NCBI GenBank assembly: GCA_048184855.1
Contig: DBEYYU010000069.1
Location: 4,264 to 68,263, forward strand
Origin: Collinsella aerofaciens
GTDB lineage: Bacteria; Actinomycetota; Coriobacteriia; Coriobacteriales; Coriobacteriaceae
Length of the DNA: 64,000 bases
Reading direction: 5' to 3'
Within the stretch, counting starts at the first letter, position 1. Every line of letters starts with the position of its first letter. Made by a program: the position numbers and the translations under genes. Shown piece by piece: positions 60,421 to 64,000 of the stretch. The notes beneath the pieces were generated by a model that was not told the DNA's origin, searched no databases, and was given only the letters and a program-made list of their open reading frames with translations.

Positions 60421-60434
60421 AGAACAGACGTTCG
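60421..60434. promoter_or_regulatory. candidate LexA (SOS) box upstream of ruvC
   Basis: AGAACAGACGTTCG contains the GAAC-N4-GTTC palindrome of Gram-positive/actinobacterial LexA operators. It lies about 35-55 nt upstream of the possible ruvC starts. Confidence 0.5.
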
Positions 60435-60468
60435 TGAATGATGCGCGGGGCCTTGTCTTGCGCTGTGC

Positions 60469-61011
60469 TTGTGGCGAGGGGAGGTCGGCTTGGTTATCTT
60501 GGGCATTGACCCCGGTTTGGCTCATACGGGTTGGGGGATTATCGAGGAGCGGCGTGGCGAGGTTCGCTGCCGTGCCTACGGCTGCATCGAGACCAGTGCC
60601 GGAAGTCCGCTCGCGGTGCGCCTGTCGCATATCGCCCATGACCTTAAGGATGTCGTCGAGCGTTATCGACCCGACACGGCTGCTGTCGAGAGCATTTACT
60701 TTGGCGCCAACGTTCGCTCGGCCATCCCCACGGCGCATGCCCGCGGTGCTGCACTCGTAGCGCTTTCGGAATGCGCGCTCGAGATTGGCGAGTACACGCC
60801 CATGCAGATCAAACAGGCTGTGGTGGGCACCGGCGCCGCGGACAAGCGGCAGGTCGCCTACATGGTACGCACGCTAACACAGCTCGACCACGACCCGCAT
60901 CCCGACCATGCCGCCGATGCCCTGGCCTGCGCCATCTGCCACGTAAACCTCAGCCGCACCCGCGCCCTCACCGGTGGCGAGTTCTATCAACAGAGAGGAA
61001 CCGGATACTGA
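60469..61011 (+). CDS. ruvC: crossover junction endodeoxyribonuclease RuvC
   Basis: ILGIDPGLAHTGWGII... and the DAADALACAICH catalytic acidic residues are present. The likely start is the TTG at 60490, after GAGGGGAGG. Confidence 0.9.
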   Translation: MWRGEVGLVILGIDPGLAHTGWGIIEERRGEVRCRAYGCIETSAGSPLAVRLSHIAHDLKDVVERYRPDTAAVESIYFGANVRSAIPTAHARGAALVALSECALEIGEYTPMQIKQAVVGTGAADKRQVAYMVRTLTQLDHDPHPDHAADALACAICHVNLSRTRALTGGEFYQQRGTGY

Positions 61012-61631
61012 TGATTTCCCAGCTCCACGGAACGCTTGTCGAGTCCACGATGAGCTCTGCTGTCGTCGATGTGTCGGGCGTTGGCTTTGAACTCGGCATC
61101 TCGGGCAGCACTGCGGCCACGTTGCCGACGCCCGGCGGCGAGGTCCGTCTCTACACGCGTATGCAGGTGCGCGAGGACGCCATGACACTTTTCGGTTTTT
61201 CTTCAAAGGATGAGCGCACGATGTTCGACCGGCTCGTGTCCGTTTCGGGTGTTGGCCCGCGCCTGGCGCTTGCCGTGCTTTCCACCTATACCGTGGGGCA
61301 GCTGTATTCGCTGGTGATGGCCGAGGACGACAAGGGCATGGCCAAGGTACCCGGTGTGGGCAAGAAGACAGCTCAGCGCCTGATCCTGGAACTCAAGAGC
61401 ACCTTTGCCAAGGATAAGGGCTTTGTGCCGGTCGACGTGATTCCCGGACAGGTTGCGATGCCCGTGCCCGCTGCCGCTCCCTCGGCGATCGACGATGCCC
61501 GTGCGGCACTCCTTTCCATGGGCTTTAGCCCGCAGGAGACCGATGTTGCCCTGAGCGGGTATGATGGGCAGAATATGCGTGTCGAGGATTTGCTCGGCGC
61601 GGCGCTTAAGCGACTTGGAATGGATGCGTGA
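61011..61631 (+). CDS. ruvA: Holliday junction branch migration complex subunit RuvA
   Basis: [11 protein letters not shown]..., with HhH motifs ([30 protein letters not shown]). Its ATG overlaps the ruvC stop (TGATG). Confidence 0.93.
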   Translation: MISQLHGTLVESTMSSAVVDVSGVGFELGISGSTAATLPTPGGEVRLYTRMQVREDAMTLFGFSSKDERTMFDRLVSVSGVGPRLALAVLSTYTVGQLYSLVMAEDDKGMAKVPGVGKKTAQRLILELKSTFAKDKGFVPVDVIPGQVAMPVPAAAPSAIDDARAALLSMGFSPQETDVALSGYDGQNMRVEDLLGAALKRLGMDA

Positions 61632-62698
61632 TGTGGGAAGCCGATGACTCTCAGGACCTGTGGGCGACGCCCGGCAACTCGCCGGCGGCATCCATGGCGC
61701 ACGGCGAGCGCATGGTGGGCTCGGAGCTGACGGCCGAGGACCTCGATGTCGACCGCACTTTGCGCCCCCAGCGCCTGGACGATTACTGTGGCCAGGAGCA
61801 CATCAAGCAGAGCCTGCGCGTGTTGATCGAAGCGGCGCAGAGCCGTGGCGAGACGCTCGACCACGTGATTTTCTCGGGTCCTCCGGGCCTGGGCAAGACC
61901 ACGCTGGCCACCGTTATCGCCAACGAGCTGGGCGCTCAGATCAAGACCACGAGTGGCCCTGCCATCGCGCGCACGGGCGACCTGGCGGCCATCCTTACTA
62001 ACTTGCAGCCGGGTGATGTGCTGTTTATCGACGAGATCCACCGCCTCAACCGTTCGGTCGAGGAGGTCCTGTACCCCGCGATGGAGGACTTTGCCCTCGA
62101 TATCGTGATTGGCAAGGGTCCGGCGGCGCGCTCGATTCGCCTGGATATTCCCAAATTTACGCTGGTAGCGGCAACGACCCGCTCAGGCATGTTGACAGGC
62201 CCGTTGCGCGACCGCTTTGGCATTTCATATCGCCTGGATTACTACACGGTCGAGGAGCTCGCGCAGATTGTGACGCGCTCGGCGACTATCCTGGGCGTGA
62301 CGATCGATCATCCCAGTGCACTCGAGATCGGCTCGCGTTCGCGCGGTACGCCACGTCTTGCCAACCGCCTGCTCAAGCGCGTGCGCGACTATGCACAGGT
62401 GCGCGGCAACGGTCCCATTGAGCTCGATATCTGCCGTCAGGCGCTCGAGTTCTTCGAGATCGACGAGCTCGGTCTGGACTGGATGGATATTCGTATCTTG
62501 GAGACGCTTGCCAAGACGTTCTCCGGTCGTGCCGTGGGACTTACGACCCTTGCCAGCGCGGTGGGCGAGGACCCGGGCACGCTCGAGGATGTCTATGAGC
62601 CCTATTTGCTGCAGTGCGGGTTGATGATTCGTACGCCGCAGGGCCGTCAGGCAACCCTTCGCACCTTTGAGCACCTGGGGATTGAACCTACCGTTTAG
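61628..62698 (+). CDS. ruvB: Holliday junction DNA helicase RuvB
   Basis: It has the AAA+ motifs GPPGLGKTT and LFIDEIHRL, plus [10 protein letters not shown]. Its start overlaps the ruvA stop. Confidence 0.96.
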   Translation: MMWEADDSQDLWATPGNSPAASMAHGERMVGSELTAEDLDVDRTLRPQRLDDYCGQEHIKQSLRVLIEAAQSRGETLDHVIFSGPPGLGKTTLATVIANELGAQIKTTSGPAIARTGDLAAILTNLQPGDVLFIDEIHRLNRSVEEVLYPAMEDFALDIVIGKGPAARSIRLDIPKFTLVAATTRSGMLTGPLRDRFGISYRLDYYTVEELAQIVTRSATILGVTIDHPSALEIGSRSRGTPRLANRLLKRVRDYAQVRGNGPIELDICRQALEFFEIDELGLDWMDIRILETLAKTFSGRAVGLTTLASAVGEDPGTLEDVYEPYLLQCGLMIRTPQGRQATLRTFEHLGIEPTV

Positions 62699-62842
62699 GG
62701 CGTTTTGTTTTGGCGGGCTGTTGGACTATCGCTGGGCATCGGGTAAACATATCGCCGTTCATCGGTTATGGGCGTTTTACTATTGCGCGCCCGTGCTATG
62801 CTGAATTGGTCTTTTTCTCATTCGGTAACGAAAGGACCGCCC

Positions 62843-64000
62843 ATGCCTACTGACATCGAAATCGCACGTTCTGTCACGCCACTGCCTATTACCGAGGTGG
62901 CCAAGAACGCCGGCGTCGACGTTAAGCACCTGATTCCGTACGGCTTCGACAAGGCTAAGGTCGACTATTCACTGCTCAACGAGCCGACTGATCACCAGGC
63001 CAAGCTTGTTCTCGTGACCGCCATCAACCCCACGCCTGCGGGCGAGGGCAAGACCACCACGACCATCGGTCTGGCCGATGGCCTGCGTCGTCGCGGCGTC
63101 AAGAGTGCCGTGGCCCTGCGCGAGCCTTCGCTCGGCCCCGTCTTTGGCGTCAAGGGCGGTGCTGCCGGCGGCGGCTGGGCTCAGGTCATCCCCATGGAGG
63201 ATATCAACCTGCACTTTACCGGCGACTTCCACGCTATCGGTGCCGCCAATAACCTGCTGGCCGCCATGCTTGATAACCACATCCAGCAGGGCAATCAGCT
63301 CGGTATTGACGTTAAGCGCATCACTTGGAAGCGCGTCGTCGATATGAACGACCGTCAGCTGCGCCACGTCATCGACGGCATTGGCGGTAAGGCCCAGGGC
63401 GTGCCGCGCGAGGACGGCTTCGATATCACCGTTGCCTCCGAGGTCATGGCGATCCTGTGCCTGTCCACGAGCATCAGCGATCTTAAGGAGCGCTTGGGCG
63501 AGATCGTTGTCGGCTATAGCTATGCCGGCGAGCCCGTCCGCGCCCGCGACCTTAAGGCCCAGGGAGCTATGGCCGCACTGCTCAAGGATGCGCTCAAGCC
63601 CAATCTGGTGCAGACGCTCGAGGGCACGCCCGCGTTTGTCCACGGCGGTCCCTTCGCCAATATCGCCCACGGCTGCAACTCCATCATGGCCACGCGTATG
63701 GCTATGCGTTTTGGCGATGTCGCCATTACCGAGGCGGGCTTTGGTGCCGACCTGGGTGCCGAGAAATTCCTGGACATCAAGTGCCGCATGACGGGCGTTC
63801 GTCCCAACGCCGTCGTGGTCGTCGCCACCGCTCGCGCGTTGAAGTACAACGGTGGCGTCGCCAAGGCCGATCTCAACGAGGAGAACCTCGAGGCACTCAA
63901 GGCTGGCATGCCCAACCTGCTGCGTCACGTCGACAACATCCAGAACGTTTATGGTCTGCCCTGCGTGGTCGCCATCAACCGATTCCCGACGGACACCGAG
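62843..64000 (+). CDS. fhs: formate--tetrahydrofolate ligase; the 3' end lies outside the window
   Basis: [11 protein letters not shown]...[17 protein letters not shown]...[11 protein letters not shown] are present. The frame is open to the window end, so this gene is absent from the ORF track, which requires a stop codon. Confidence 0.93.
   Translation, partial: MPTDIEIARSVTPLPITEVAKNAGVDVKHLIPYGFDKAKVDYSLLNEPTDHQAKLVLVTAINPTPAGEGKTTTTIGLADGLRRRGVKSAVALREPSLGPVFGVKGGAAGGGWAQVIPMEDINLHFTGDFHAIGAANNLLAAMLDNHIQQGNQLGIDVKRITWKRVVDMNDRQLRHVIDGIGGKAQGVPREDGFDITVASEVMAILCLSTSISDLKERLGEIVVGYSYAGEPVRARDLKAQGAMAALLKDALKPNLVQTLEGTPAFVHGGPFANIAHGCNSIMATRMAMRFGDVAITEAGFGADLGAEKFLDIKCRMTGVRPNAVVVVATARALKYNGGVAKADLNEENLEALKAGMPNLLRHVDNIQNVYGLPCVVAINRFPTDTE

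Overview
This is a high-GC, densely coding, actinobacterial-type chromosomal segment. The gene content ([FeFe] hydrogenase, AddAB, PTS, superoxide reductase, formate-THF ligase) suggests an anaerobic Coriobacteriia-like organism, but the taxon is inference only. I call about 45 protein genes, mostly core functions. They include gltB (5' partial) and gltD, a copA-copZ-csoR copper operon, a DEAD-box helicase, and an EIIA/LicT/EIICB/GH4 alpha-glucoside PTS operon. They also include a GltD/NuoF-like oxidoreductase with an [FeFe] hydrogenase, an ABC importer, ygiQ, fucO, an M42 peptidase, mnmA, cysK with an Rrf2 regulator, addB/addA-like genes, dnaE, a SNF2/SWIM helicase, a superoxide reductase-like protein, a NadE-like protein, ruvCAB and fhs (3' partial). 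I saw no rRNA, tRNA, CRISPR array, transposase or integrase. The most unusual content is non-coding. (1) Four copies of a ~137-bp twin-hairpin element (15-nt arms GTCTCGATCTGTAAC / GTTACAGATCGAGAC around 27-nt variable loops) bracket two accessory cassettes. One cassette holds a DUF559-type nuclease-like gene. The other holds an FHA protein plus a frameshifted receptor Ser/Thr kinase. (2) Two further, sequence-unrelated inverted-repeat families use the same 27-nt arm spacing and show compensatory stem changes. (3) Hairpins with different stems share a conserved TTTGGGACGGGGCTA loop, and two of them form a 38-nt perfect inverted repeat between dnaE and the SNF2 gene. Other points are a monocistronic HTH-HipA (YjjJ/HipH-like) kinase in an AT-richer insert, a NadE homologue with both active sites degenerate, an orphan DinJ-like antitoxin overlapping a CPBP protease gene, a CsoR operator and a LexA-type box. 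All coordinates were derived by hand from the ORF track and sequence. Non-ORF coordinates may be off by 1-2 nt.
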